Source of the DNA: a virus
Lineage: Duplodnaviria > Caudoviricetes
Direction: 5' to 3' (one strand)
IMG/VR virus record: IMGVR_UViG_3300025723_000033
Coordinates: 2,441 to 66,440 of that record
DNA: 64,000 nt
Under the pieces are notes generated by a model. The model made no database searches. It saw only the letters and a program-made list of their open reading frames with translations, and had not been told where the DNA came from. Each line of letters begins with the position of its first letter. The first letter of the stretch is position 1. This document shows positions 27,237 through 37,059 of this stretch, in pieces. The translations under genes and the position numbers were made by a program.

Positions 27237-27747
27237 ATTTGGTGAGATGATATTCAACGAAACAGATGTTTGTGATCTGTTGATGCAAGGTCGTGAAATT
27301 GAAAGTTTAAAAGGTATGCTAGTCGATAGTTCTGTAGATATTGAACGTGTGGTTGAATTTGTTGAACATTTTCCAAATACCATAGTGTATCGTAGATTCG
27401 ACGAACATAAAGCAATAACTGTGCCAGATTGGGATACCCTTCAACAACACACATGGTTTATGCCTGAGTCATATCAACAGCTGGACATTGCCCAATACAT
27501 TTTAAATTTGTGTACCAACGAATCTGAACTACAAAGATGTGGCGAAGAATTATTGTTGTACCAGGAACACAATTTATTTTCACTTTTACAATATTTGAAA
27601 TATCTTGTAGATGTAATGACTCAAAATCGAGTCATCTGGGGCGTGGGCCGAGGATCAAGCGTGTCAAGTTTTGTACTGTATAAATTAGGTGTACATAAAA
27701 TTGACAGTTTATATTACAATTTAGACGTAAAAGAATTTTTGCGTTAA
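27223..27747 (+). CDS. DNA polymerase III alpha (DnaE)-like fragment
   Basis: LKYLVDVM...IWGVGRGSSVSSFVLYKLGVHKIDS matches the DnaE GxGRGS motif; only about 174 aa. Confidence 0.75.
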   Translation: MQQNKFGEMIFNETDVCDLLMQGREIESLKGMLVDSSVDIERVVEFVEHFPNTIVYRRFDEHKAITVPDWDTLQQHTWFMPESYQQLDIAQYILNLCTNESELQRCGEELLLYQEHNLFSLLQYLKYLVDVMTQNRVIWGVGRGSSVSSFVLYKLGVHKIDSLYYNLDVKEFLR

Positions 27748-27771
27748 ATATACAAACTTAAAGGAATCAAC

Positions 27772-28263
27772 ATGACTAGTAGAACATACAAAACTGCCCA
27801 GGGCAAAATAGTTGATCTAGGACAACTTATTTTACAAAATGAAAATGTCCGAGCCGTAGGAAATATGAATGTAAATTCTCGTGGGGACAGATTGGATAGT
27901 TCAAACAACATAATTGATTCTAAAAATCAACAAGTTCAAAGGCAGCATCTTAGGCAAATTGCCAGTAATGTAACTGACCGTACAGTTCATGCCAGTAATA
28001 TACATGCCAAGCAAAAGGCAGACCCAGTGGTAGAATCTTCTACAGTGGATATTGATCCTGTTGAAACTGCTCCTGTTGAAACTGCTCCTGTTGAAACTGC
28101 TCCTGTTGAAACTGCGGAATCAGTTGAAATTCAGTCCAATCTGCCAGACACACCACGAGGCGGTTTGGCCGCTGCTATTGCTAGGTCTAGAACAATAGTG
28201 CAAGAAAAAGAAAAAACTACCAAAGAAATTAGGCAATTTAAACCCGGAGTCAATAAGATTTAA
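27772..28263 (+). CDS. Hypothetical late protein with PVETA repeats
   Basis: TAAATA 27745, AAGGA RBS; RAVGNMNVNSRGDRLD. Confidence 0.75.
   Translation: MTSRTYKTAQGKIVDLGQLILQNENVRAVGNMNVNSRGDRLDSSNNIIDSKNQQVQRQHLRQIASNVTDRTVHASNIHAKQKADPVVESSTVDIDPVETAPVETAPVETAPVETAESVEIQSNLPDTPRGGLAAAIARSRTIVQEKEKTTKEIRQFKPGVNKI
28057..28115 (+). repeat. 15-bp tandem coding repeat x4 (CCTGTTGAAACTGCT)
   Basis: Units at 28057, 28072, 28087 and 28102. Confidence 0.95.
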
Positions 28264-28265
28264 CC

Positions 28266-28655
28266 ATGTCAAAATTAGCATTTCAACCTCATCAACTTAC
28301 ACAAAGCCAAATTCATCCGCTGAACAACAGTGTTATTGTTTCAGACATGATTTTTGATCAACGTATTACCAGTTCGGGTATTATCCTGCCTAATGATAAC
28401 GGTACAGGATCTGGGATTAGGCCCAGATGGGGTCAAGTTTATGCAGTAGGTCCCAAACAGACTGATGTCACAGTGGGGCAATGGATATGCGTTGCCCACG
28501 GAAGATGGACTCGTGGCATAGATATCCAAGACGAAAATGGTAGACAAACCATACGCAGAATTGATCCAAATGATATCCTAATGGTCAGTGACGAGTTGCC
28601 ACAAGACGATACCATGAGCGATGCAGTAAATGTGGCCAAAAAAACCCGAGATTGA
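28266..28655 (+). CDS. groES: GroES-like co-chaperonin
   Basis: IHPLNNSVIV...TSSGIILP...GQVYAVGP...VTVGQWI. Confidence 0.85.
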   Translation: MSKLAFQPHQLTQSQIHPLNNSVIVSDMIFDQRITSSGIILPNDNGTGSGIRPRWGQVYAVGPKQTDVTVGQWICVAHGRWTRGIDIQDENGRQTIRRIDPNDILMVSDELPQDDTMSDAVNVAKKTRD

Positions 28656-28891
28656 CACAACTTTATATGGATTGGGATATGCATGCTATTCAGCATCAAA
28701 TTTGGGCCATAAAATATCATGCAACCAGTGGTCGCAATGATGGTTGGACACAGTTTGGCGCCAAACAAGACTTATACAAACTCAAATGGCAAATAGAGCA
28801 AGCTTTGGCCGACTGCAGCACTTTTATTGGTGAAACTGAGTGGTTGCAAGAACAAGAACAAGAGCGTATAATAAAAATACTAAAATCATGA
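28652..28891 (+). CDS. Hypothetical protein (79 aa)
   Basis: Coupled ORF. Confidence 0.65.
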   Translation: MTQLYMDWDMHAIQHQIWAIKYHATSGRNDGWTQFGAKQDLYKLKWQIEQALADCSTFIGETEWLQEQEQERIIKILKS

Positions 28892-29043
28892 AGTGCAAGA
28901 CCTGTAGCAAAGAATATTCACCTAGATGTGATTATCGTCAAGGTCGTTGCCCTCTTCATCCTCCTATTATTCAACTAATCAAAAAACAAAGACCAACAAC
29001 ATGCAAGAACTTTGGACGGAAAAGTATAGACCGAACACTCTAG
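28888..29043 (+). CDS. Small Cys-rich protein (MKCKTCSKEYSPRCDYRQGRCPLHP...)
   Basis: ATGA coupling at 28888; CxxC...C...CxxH; overlaps the clamp loader start. Confidence 0.5.
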   Translation: MKCKTCSKEYSPRCDYRQGRCPLHPPIIQLIKKQRPTTCKNFGRKSIDRTL

Positions 29044-29915
29044 ATGGTTATGTATTTAAAGATTCAGCACAACAAGAACAAATAGCCAGTTGGGTCCAAA
29101 CAGGATCAATTCCTCATTTACTATTCAGCGGAGCACCTGGCGTAGGTAAAACTACCCTGGCAAAAATATTGATCAACTTATTAGATATAGATAGCTATGA
29201 TGTACTAGAAATCAATGCCAGTCGTGAAAACTCCGTAGATACTATTCGTGACAAGATCACAGGCTTTGTACAGACTATGCCTTTTGGACAATTCAAAGTG
29301 GTACTATTGGATGAAGCAGATTATATTAGTCCCAATGGTCAGGCTGCACTACGTGGTGTGATGGAAATGTATCATGCCACTGCTAGATTTATTTTAACCT
29401 GTAATTATCCCAATCGTGTTATTCCTGCATTGCATTCAAGATGTCAAGGATTTCATATTGATCGAATTGACACCACAGAATTCACTGCCAGGATTGCCAC
29501 AGTGCTGGTAGAAGAATCCATTGAATTTGATCTAGACACATTGGACACTTATGTGAGATCAACATATCCTGATTTACGCAAATGTTTGAACAATTGTCAA
29601 ATGAATTCTGCCACTGGCATCTTGATCGCACCACAAGGTAATGTCAGCAGTCAAGACTGGAAATTGTCAGCAGTAGATTTGTTCAAGTCTGGACGCATAC
29701 TTGAAGCAAGAAAACTCATGTGCGCCAATGCTCGCGCAGAAGAAATGGAAGAAATGTTTCGTTGGTTGTACGATAATTTAGACTTGTGGGGTACAGATCA
29801 AGAAACACAAGATCGTGCAATTATTGCGATTCGTCAAGGATATGTTAATGTTCCAATGGTTGCTGATCAAGAGATCAATTTGAGTGCAACATTGTGTGAG
29901 TTAGCAAGACTATGA
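29001..29915 (+). CDS. Sliding clamp loader subunit (T4 gp44 / RFC small subunit-like)
   Basis: LWTEKYRP, GAPGVGKTT, EINAS, LLDEAD, SRC motifs; start reassigned to 29001. Confidence 0.92.
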   Translation: MQELWTEKYRPNTLDGYVFKDSAQQEQIASWVQTGSIPHLLFSGAPGVGKTTLAKILINLLDIDSYDVLEINASRENSVDTIRDKITGFVQTMPFGQFKVVLLDEADYISPNGQAALRGVMEMYHATARFILTCNYPNRVIPALHSRCQGFHIDRIDTTEFTARIATVLVEESIEFDLDTLDTYVRSTYPDLRKCLNNCQMNSATGILIAPQGNVSSQDWKLSAVDLFKSGRILEARKLMCANARAEEMEEMFRWLYDNLDLWGTDQETQDRAIIAIRQGYVNVPMVADQEINLSATLCELARL

Positions 29916-30202
29916 GATACATGACCTTAACTTATTTTAAACGTGCTTCAGGAAAAATTGACGAAGTTATGGCAATTGCCAACAGAGTAAAGCCACGAGA
30001 TCTACAAACGGCAAGCATTATACTTGACTTTCGAGAACAAGTTGTGTTAAAATGTGTTATTGACGGCAAAACTATGCCCAAAGAGTGGGATACAATCGTG
30101 GCCTATTATTACAAACACTATCAAGCAACTATAGAAAGATTATTTAAGGAAAATGGACATGAGCTCGAAATGGAAGAATCTGGATCAACTGATCCTGGTT
30201 GA
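29912..30202 (+). CDS. Hypothetical protein (96 aa)
   Basis: ATGA-coupled ORF. Confidence 0.7.
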   Translation: MRYMTLTYFKRASGKIDEVMAIANRVKPRDLQTASIILDFREQVVLKCVIDGKTMPKEWDTIVAYYYKHYQATIERLFKENGHELEMEESGSTDPG

Positions 30203-30770
30203 CGCAGACGGTGTATTACTTGATTGGGAATATGCATTTAATATCTGGATGCAGGAACATGGATTTGAACAAGTACCGGGCAGTAAATTAAGTTATGAAA
30301 TGGACGAACGTTATGGTGTTCCCAAAGAACAAATTCGTAAACTAATTAGACTATTCAATGAAAGTGCTGCAATTGGATTCTTACCAGCATTACGTGATGC
30401 CATGTATTATGTTAAAAGATTGCATGAAGAACATGGCTATAAATTTCACTGTATCACAAGTTTGAGCACTGATCCTAATGCAGTACGATTGCGTGAAATG
30501 AATTTAGCCAAATTGTTTGGCAAAACAGCATTTGAACGTGTGTTGTGTTTGCCCACTGGTGCTGACAAAAACAAAGCCCTAGAAGAATATAGAGACACAG
30601 GTTGTTGGTGGATCGAAGACAAACCTGTAAATGCCGAAGCAGGATTGGCAGTAGGACTGCGACCTTTAGTTATTGAACATGGTCATAACATGCATTATTA
30701 TCATGAACACATCACGCTGGTAAAAAACTGGCGTGATGTGTATCAGATCATTACCGATCAGTCGGTGTAA
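30153..30770 (+). CDS. HAD-family phosphatase (5'-nucleotidase-like)
   Basis: LVDADGVLLD motif I, CITS motif II, WIED motif IV. Confidence 0.8.
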   Translation: MDMSSKWKNLDQLILVDADGVLLDWEYAFNIWMQEHGFEQVPGSKLSYEMDERYGVPKEQIRKLIRLFNESAAIGFLPALRDAMYYVKRLHEEHGYKFHCITSLSTDPNAVRLREMNLAKLFGKTAFERVLCLPTGADKNKALEEYRDTGCWWIEDKPVNAEAGLAVGLRPLVIEHGHNMHYYHEHITLVKNWRDVYQIITDQSV

Positions 30771-31492
30771 AGTTTTAATACGGATCCTATGATCTCGTGT
30801 CGCTGAATATCGCGAGCTGACAACTCGCACAAAGCAATACCATTTACACCCCCTTCCCCCAGTCTTTGACAAAGGTCTAACAGTCCATTGTCGCCACAAC
30901 TACGGTCGGCTTGTTCTATGTCTCCAGTGATCACAATTTTGCTGTGTACACCTATACGTGTCATCAGCATCTTGGTCTGGGCGGGTGTTGCATTTTGCAT
31001 TTCATCTGCAATGATCCAGGAGTTCTTGAAAGTTCTACCTCTCATGAACGCCAATGGAGCTATTTCTATCACTTGATCTTCTATCATGCCTGCAATTTCC
31101 TGCGGGCGATAATACTCTCGTAAAACATCTAATAAAGGGCGAGTCCACGGTTCCATTTTGGCAACCAGGTTGCCGGGTAAGAATCCATGTTGTTCTCCTT
31201 CTACTCCTACTGCTGGGCGTGTTAGAACTATGCGTTTACAGTCTCCTTCTTTGAGTGCTTTTACAGCGGCCAACATGGCAAGATAAGTTTTACCAGTACC
31301 TGCGGGTCCTACTGTGACTACGATGTGTTGCGCTTTATCTTGAAGAGCCAGCACCAAACGTTCCTGATTCCTAGTTCTAGGAATCAAATCTACCCTACGC
31401 GAGGATATTTTTGGAAGTGCTTGGTTGAAACTTATGGTGTTTTCTACTGGATTCATATGACGATGTGCTTTTGCGGCTCTTTGTCTGCTCAA
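30758..31492 (-). CDS. phoH: PhoH-like ATPase
   Basis: GPAGTGKT, LTRP, GFLPG, EIAPLAFMRGRTF, IIADEMQN, ITGD; TTG start, GGAGA RBS, TAAATA on minus strand at 31540-31545. Confidence 0.95.
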   Translation of the reverse strand: MSRQRAAKAHRHMNPVENTISFNQALPKISSRRVDLIPRTRNQERLVLALQDKAQHIVVTVGPAGTGKTYLAMLAAVKALKEGDCKRIVLTRPAVGVEGEQHGFLPGNLVAKMEPWTRPLLDVLREYYRPQEIAGMIEDQVIEIAPLAFMRGRTFKNSWIIADEMQNATPAQTKMLMTRIGVHSKIVITGDIEQADRSCGDNGLLDLCQRLGEGGVNGIALCELSARDIQRHEIIGSVLKLYTD

Positions 31493-31651
31493 GTGCTATT
31501 CTCCATATGGTTAAATGCCAACAATTGCTGCTGGTAAAGTATTTAGGCCCAGGTGATCAAAAGTTCAGTGGGCATTGATATTTTTTAAAATCGCACTAAG
31601 TATTAGGCTTGGCTACAATATTTTAATAAATTGGTCTTTGATCGACTACGC

Positions 31652-31657
31652 TAAATA
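31652..31657 (+). promoter_or_regulatory. T4-type late promoter, leaderless spacing
   Basis: TAAATA-N5-ATG 31663. Confidence 0.7.
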
Positions 31658-31662
31658 ATCAT

Positions 31663-32262
31663 ATGGGACTTAAAGATCAAGAATTATTCAAAGACCACAG
31701 TGATTACTGGCAGGTAGCAGAAAACATCCGTGACATTTACATGTCAGAAGGAAGTTTGCTGAGTCTACTAGACTTTGAACGTGTGCTAGACGAATTGGAT
31801 TTGTATGCTTTTAAAAACTGGGCCATAGGTGAATTAGTTCAAGGTCCAGAAATTGGCAAGTATCGTGTGGGTTGTATTTTTATGTGGCCCGAAAAACTCA
31901 TGCCAGATCCACGTGGTGCCAAGCGACTACTACCTTTTGACTGCGAAGTGCGCTACAAAAAAACCAACATGAAGATTCCTGTAAAGATTGAAGATCCTAG
32001 CGATTTTCGCCCTGGCACACACAAAGCCAAAATTGTAGAGAAAAAAGTTTGGCTGGTAGAAATCGTCATGCCCAAGGCCTTGATGAGTGATATACGTACT
32101 GGTTCAGTTGAACTTGAAGATCAAGACATTGATCTGGAAGATCTTGACAGTGCCTACGAGCAAGATCTTGATCAACAAACATTCCAGACTAAAAATGCAC
32201 AACAACAAAATGCACAACAACTACAACAACCCGCAGCCATCCAACCCTCAGTGGCTATTTGA
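31663..32262 (+). CDS. Conserved phage hypothetical protein (199 aa)
   Basis: LLDFERVLDELDLYAFKNW...FMWPEKLMPDPRGAKRL. Confidence 0.75.
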   Translation: MGLKDQELFKDHSDYWQVAENIRDIYMSEGSLLSLLDFERVLDELDLYAFKNWAIGELVQGPEIGKYRVGCIFMWPEKLMPDPRGAKRLLPFDCEVRYKKTNMKIPVKIEDPSDFRPGTHKAKIVEKKVWLVEIVMPKALMSDIRTGSVELEDQDIDLEDLDSAYEQDLDQQTFQTKNAQQQNAQQLQQPAAIQPSVAI

Positions 32263-32782
32263 AAGCCTAGGTTACAAGGATCTTGAGGGTTTGTTAAAAC
32301 CCACGATCCATGTTGACGAGTTTTCAAGTAAAATGGGCGATGACGATGACATCATTGTGCTTAGTTTTTTTGTACGTGATCAGCAGGCTGCCAAAGACCT
32401 TATGAACTGGTTTGAAAAAGGTTATGACTTTGTGGTTGATGCAGATAAAAGTCCCGGCGAAATTCGCCCCAACCGTTTTTTGGTCTATGTGGAAATACGT
32501 CGACGAAGCACTGCCGCTGGCCATGTAGAAACATTACTAACTGATTTGAATACCTTGACAGAATTTGAGCCAAAAGACTGGATCATGCACTACAAAGGAA
32601 AAGAAGTTGCTTTCACTAGAGATGCGTTTGAAAACATGGTACCACTGAGTCCCAAGGCATATCGTAAAGTACACGACGAAGATCTCAACGAAGTCAGAAT
32701 TGCAGCAGGATTGCCTACCAAATCTATCTACGAAAAAGACGATCCAATAATTCGAGCCATACAAAGCGCTGCAGGAATTTAA
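32210..32782 (+). CDS. Hypothetical protein (start uncertain, 32195 or 32210)
   Basis: IHVDEFSSKMGDDDDIIVLSF...DADKSPGE. Confidence 0.7.
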   Translation: MHNNYNNPQPSNPQWLFESLGYKDLEGLLKPTIHVDEFSSKMGDDDDIIVLSFFVRDQQAAKDLMNWFEKGYDFVVDADKSPGEIRPNRFLVYVEIRRRSTAAGHVETLLTDLNTLTEFEPKDWIMHYKGKEVAFTRDAFENMVPLSPKAYRKVHDEDLNEVRIAAGLPTKSIYEKDDPIIRAIQSAAGI

Positions 32783-32814
32783 TCAATATAGGATTACAGG
32801 CTATATATTTGCCT

Positions 32815-33510
32815 ATGCAGATTAAAAGTTTTGGATGTAGTTTTATTTTTGGCAGTGAATTGGCCGACGATGGTAGGCACAAATCATATGCCACCGGCAG
32901 TCAACTAACATGGCCGGCATTGCTAGCCAAACACTATAATTATCAATATGCCACGTATGCCAGACCAGGGTCTGGCAACCTGCAAATTCTAGAAAGACTC
33001 ATGAGTAATTTAGCAGGAGAAGTCAATGAAAAAATCCTGTGTGTGATTGGTTGGTCATGGATTGATAGATTTGACTACTGTGTTGAAAAACCAACTTGGC
33101 CCGGCCAACCCTGGGCTACACTTATGCCAATTGATTCAACAGAAACTGCCAAAATCTATTATCGAGACCTGCACTCTGAGCTCAAAGACAAATTCCTAAG
33201 CTTGTTGTACATCAAACAAGCAATTAATTTGCTCGAACAGAAAAAAATACCGTTCATTATGACGTACATGGATAATTTACTGTTTGACAACCAGTGGAAT
33301 ACCAGTCCTGCCATAGAAGAATTACAACAACAAATCAAACCTTTTATGACTACTTTTGACGAATTGACCTTTTTGGAGTGGAGCAGAAAACACCAATATC
33401 CAGAAACCCAAAATTGGCATCCATTGGAGCAGGCACATCAGTCAGCAGCTCAATATATTATTCAGGCTTTAGATAGGAAAAATATAGGCGCTCATTGCCA
33501 TCTCTTTTGA
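32815..33510 (+). CDS. SGNH/GDSL-like hypothetical protein
   Basis: FGCSFIFG, YARPGSGN and HPLEQAH motifs. Confidence 0.55.
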   Translation: MQIKSFGCSFIFGSELADDGRHKSYATGSQLTWPALLAKHYNYQYATYARPGSGNLQILERLMSNLAGEVNEKILCVIGWSWIDRFDYCVEKPTWPGQPWATLMPIDSTETAKIYYRDLHSELKDKFLSLLYIKQAINLLEQKKIPFIMTYMDNLLFDNQWNTSPAIEELQQQIKPFMTTFDELTFLEWSRKHQYPETQNWHPLEQAHQSAAQYIIQALDRKNIGAHCHLF

Positions 33511-34186
33511 ATTCCAACAGTTTGAGATTGTATTTTTCTGCAAATTCATTTACTATTTCAAAAGTCCAGTGAAATATATCTACATAAGGCCCAGTTTTGT
33601 GTGCAATACCCGGATTGGCTCTGAGATAAAACTTACCTCCTGGCATTAATAAATCTACACAATGACTGAATCTGGCTTCAATTTCATCCTGGCTATTGAA
33701 ATTGATTGATCCCAATGCCAATATATGGTCATGCTTGTGTTTGACTTTATAATCTAAAATATCAACTTCAAAATCAGCACAATTGTTGTATGGATCAATA
33801 CCTATTAAATTTTTAATACGACCTTTGAATGGATGATATCCGCAGCCCACATCTAGTACATTTTGAGGATCTTGTTTGTTGATTTCTTCGACCAAGGCCC
33901 AGCCTGTGTAATCATAATCGCCAGTTCTTGGCTTCCAAATCTCAGCAAAGAAACGATGAGTGTAACGTTCGCTTAGATCAGCCACAATATCTTCCAGAGT
34001 ACCCATATAGTCACATGGCAAACTTAATTCGGCTTCTACAGAATCTTTGAATTTTTGATACCTTGCTGGAGTCCAAGGCAATTTGTCAACCACAGTATCA
34101 CGATCAAATATAATATTTTTATATTTGGGTAAATTAAAAGTAGTTTGTAAATTTTTCAACAATAGATTAAAAATTTTTGTGTTCAT
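33458..34186 (-). CDS. Class I SAM-dependent methyltransferase with extra N-terminal domain
   Basis: VLDVGCGY, IGIDPY, LLMPGGKFY. Confidence 0.8.
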   Translation of the reverse strand: MNTKIFNLLLKNLQTTFNLPKYKNIIFDRDTVVDKLPWTPARYQKFKDSVEAELSLPCDYMGTLEDIVADLSERYTHRFFAEIWKPRTGDYDYTGWALVEEINKQDPQNVLDVGCGYHPFKGRIKNLIGIDPYNNCADFEVDILDYKVKHKHDHILALGSINFNSQDEIEARFSHCVDLLMPGGKFYLRANPGIAHKTGPYVDIFHWTFEIVNEFAEKYNLKLLEFKRDGNERLYFSYLKPE

Positions 34187-34244
34187 AACATTATGTAGTT
34201 AAAATAAACACTGATTGAATAATTTCTTGACAAAATGGACCCAA

Positions 34245-34250
34245 TAAATA
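34245..34250 (+). promoter_or_regulatory. T4-type late promoter, leaderless spacing
   Basis: TAAATA-N4-ATG 34255. Confidence 0.65.
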
Positions 34251-34254
34251 CTTT

Positions 34255-35469
34255 ATGAATGTTCTAATATTAACACCTGATAGAGTTGGATCAACTTTGT
34301 TGCAACGAGTATTGACAGTGTATATGCTACGCCAGGGTTTTGATAAACCAGTGATAAATCTACATGAATTAACCAATGGACTGGTAAAGTATTACAATGA
34401 TGTACTGCAACAAGAAGTATTAGGCAAACCCAAAGGTACTTATAGCAGTGGATACTATCAAACCCTTGACCAGGTGCAGGATTTACTTGGATCAGTGGAT
34501 CACTATAAAACTACCAGACTTGCACACTATCACATAGTTAGACGAGCTGATACCATTGCAGATCAAATAAAATTTTACGAATATCTCAATGATAATTTTT
34601 ACATTATAAGTTGCCGTAGAGAGAATTTGTTTGAACATGCCATAAGTTGGGGCATTCAAAGACAAAGCAAACGTCTAAATGTGTATAATGTTGAAGAAAA
34701 AATAAATGTTTTTCAAAACATATACAAAAACAAAATCAGTGTTCCTAAAGAAACATTACTGCATCATCTTGACAATTATAAAAACTATATCTCATGGGCG
34801 GATACAAATTTTAATATACAGTCATATTGGAACTATGACATTGATGTAAAAAACATTGAAAAATATATTTTGAATTTGGATTTCATGCAAAACAATATCA
34901 ATAATACCTGGAAGGAAATGTTTGGGCAAGATTTTAACACGTGGAATGCTTGCCATAGAATTTTGCCTAATTTAAAATTACTTGATCGTGCCACTGCTAC
35001 AAAAAAAATCAAAATACTTACTAAACCTATCAGCGAAGAAGTATGGAATCAACTCAAAGGACCTGACTGGCCACAAACTGCCATGGAATATGTCAACTAC
35101 ACTGATAATTTGCCAATCACCATTGATAATGAAATAAAAAAGTTATTTGACGAAACGTCACTGAGCGTAACTGATGAAGAATACACTTTTTTAGAAAAAA
35201 ACTTGACCCTATATGTCAACACAAATATTCAACTGTTAAAACTGGTCAGTGATGGATTTTTGGTCACAGGAATTCCACTGAAATTGCAATCACTAAGAGA
35301 AAAAAAATCAATAATAAAAAACTTTGATCAATGCCTGGATTGGTACAATACATGGAGTCAACAAAATAACTTTGGAACCATGTACACTGACAATGAATTG
35401 GCGTCAATTATGCTCGATCAAGATTTAGAACTAAGTTTTCAAGTTGATCAACAAATTTTGTTGCAGTGA
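34255..35469 (+). CDS. Sulfotransferase-like P-loop protein, paralog A
   Basis: LILTPDRVGSTLL resembles the 5'-PSB loop; ISCRRENLFEHAISW resembles the 3'-PB R..S motif. Confidence 0.5.
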   Translation: MNVLILTPDRVGSTLLQRVLTVYMLRQGFDKPVINLHELTNGLVKYYNDVLQQEVLGKPKGTYSSGYYQTLDQVQDLLGSVDHYKTTRLAHYHIVRRADTIADQIKFYEYLNDNFYIISCRRENLFEHAISWGIQRQSKRLNVYNVEEKINVFQNIYKNKISVPKETLLHHLDNYKNYISWADTNFNIQSYWNYDIDVKNIEKYILNLDFMQNNINNTWKEMFGQDFNTWNACHRILPNLKLLDRATATKKIKILTKPISEEVWNQLKGPDWPQTAMEYVNYTDNLPITIDNEIKKLFDETSLSVTDEEYTFLEKNLTLYVNTNIQLLKLVSDGFLVTGIPLKLQSLREKKSIIKNFDQCLDWYNTWSQQNNFGTMYTDNELASIMLDQDLELSFQVDQQILLQ

Positions 35470-36256
35470 TTTTGTCATAATGAAAACCATCTCTGGCCAA
35501 ATCCAATTTGATAAATTCAGGCACATACAATCGATTAGCCAACAATTCAGAGTACAGTTCAAAAAACCCAGTGTAACCAAATGCTTGTAGTTCTGTTTGA
35601 ACAAACATCTCAAGCTGGCTGGCAGGATATTCAGGCCAGTCAGGACCGCGTAATTTATTCCATTCGTCCTGAACTGTGGTACCCACTGCCCATCCTGGAA
35701 TAAAAGAATGTATTATTTTTGTGTTCTGTTTTGTTTGTTCAATAGTTTGCACAAGTTTGTTGAAATTACACAACAATTGCAATGATGTCAATTCAAGATC
35801 ATGAAAATTTAATCTGCGTTTTTCATCATCAAGCCCTGAGTCGGCCAATTCGTAACGAGTAAAAAAACTCCAATGAATAATTATTATTTTGGGTTTTATT
35901 TTATCAAGAACCCTTGATATCTTTCGGGCAATCCAATAATTACTAGCCCCGTCCATGCTGACATTTATACAACGTTTATTAAGCCTATGTTGAAAAATAT
36001 TAACCCATGTGTGTGACAACGGACTTCCTACGCCTGTTGTAAAACTATCTCCAAAACACCAAATAGAATTTTCTAGGTCAGAAATTTCCTGGGGCCATTC
36101 TGCGTCTCTAAACCCACGACTGTTGTAATGATAGGTGATGGGATATGGATATTTTTTGAAATGACTTTTATCATGACAATTATTGATGGTATCAATTCCA
36201 GATTCTGACCAAATTTTATTTTGACGTGATGGTAGTAAAAAATCAGGTAGGATCAT
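35408..36256 (-). CDS. SGNH-like protein, paralog A
   Basis: YNSRGFRD.EWP, IWCFGDSFTTG, INVSMDGASN, DLARDGFH. Confidence 0.55.
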   Translation of the reverse strand: MILPDFLLPSRQNKIWSESGIDTINNCHDKSHFKKYPYPITYHYNSRGFRDAEWPQEISDLENSIWCFGDSFTTGVGSPLSHTWVNIFQHRLNKRCINVSMDGASNYWIARKISRVLDKIKPKIIIIHWSFFTRYELADSGLDDEKRRLNFHDLELTSLQLLCNFNKLVQTIEQTKQNTKIIHSFIPGWAVGTTVQDEWNKLRGPDWPEYPASQLEMFVQTELQAFGYTGFFELYSELLANRLYVPEFIKLDLARDGFHYDKITATKFVDQLENLVLNLDRA

Positions 36257-36303
36257 ATAATTTTTCTGGTATAGTAAAAAATTTCAAAATTGATAAATAA
36301 AAT

Positions 36304-36343
36304 TACAACAGGTACAAAAAATTTTGTCCTGTTGTATTTTTTT
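36304..36343 (+). terminator. Hairpin plus T-tract lying between a TAAATA box and the diiron gene
   Basis: TACAACAGG-T-ACAAAA-aa-TTTTGT-CCTGTTGTA followed by T7. Confidence 0.65.
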
Positions 36344-36365
36344 CATATATATTTAAGGAGAACAT

Positions 36366-37058
36366 ATGAACGCAAAAGATTTTGTCAACAAGATTGTTGA
36401 AGACAACCAAGCATTGTTTGAAGCCAGCAAACACAATGTCAAAGCCTACTTTGACAGCAAGCCAGCACAAGCCGAATTGGTAGAGCACTTTATTGGCCGT
36501 ATGGTCAATGAGCGTATGAACATGGTTGAAATCAGCCGTCAAGTTGCAGAACTTGGTGCCGATGCAGATCCAGTTGAATTGCAGTTGTTGACTCAGCAAG
36601 CACACGACGAAGCAGTTCACTTCCGTTTGGTCAAAGAAGTCATTGAGCATATCCAAGGTTCTCCAGTTGATGTAGCCGCCGCTATTGCTCGTGAAGCAGC
36701 CAAGCCCACTGCCAAAGGTGCTGGTTTGTTGGCCAAATATGGTGCAGAAACTGATCCAGTGGCATTGGCTGCATATCAATTGGTTGCTGAAGGCCGTGCG
36801 GAGGCAGTATGGGATCAGATGGCAGATTGTATTGAAGATAAATTTATTTCTGGTGCTTATGCCAAGATCGCCCGTGACGAAGGTTTCCACAGCAAAATTG
36901 GTGCACGTAAATTAGAGCAATTGGTCACTGAAGAAAATGCTGATCGCATCCAGGCCTTGGTAGCTGATATGCGTCGAGACCTTTATGAAATTTCATGCCG
37001 GAACACAGTTGCTGCCCAATCTGGCCGCGAGCTTGTTGCTGACGCATACGGATGGTAA
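36366..37058 (+). CDS. Ferritin-like diiron-carboxylate enzyme
   Basis: NE...HDEAVH...AE...RDEGFH; AAGGAG RBS. Confidence 0.75.
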   Translation: MNAKDFVNKIVEDNQALFEASKHNVKAYFDSKPAQAELVEHFIGRMVNERMNMVEISRQVAELGADADPVELQLLTQQAHDEAVHFRLVKEVIEHIQGSPVDVAAAIAREAAKPTAKGAGLLAKYGAETDPVALAAYQLVAEGRAEAVWDQMADCIEDKFISGAYAKIARDEGFHSKIGARKLEQLVTEENADRIQALVADMRRDLYEISCRNTVAAQSGRELVADAYGW

Positions 37059-37059
37059 T

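Noticed and set aside
28057-28115. 15-bp tandem repeat as a regulatory or CRISPR-like element
   Set aside because: In-frame PVETA coding repeat with no spacers
32195-32225. 15-nt duplication AAAATGCACAACAAC in a gene overlap
   Set aside because: Simple slippage in a Gln-rich tail; it only makes the downstream start ambiguous
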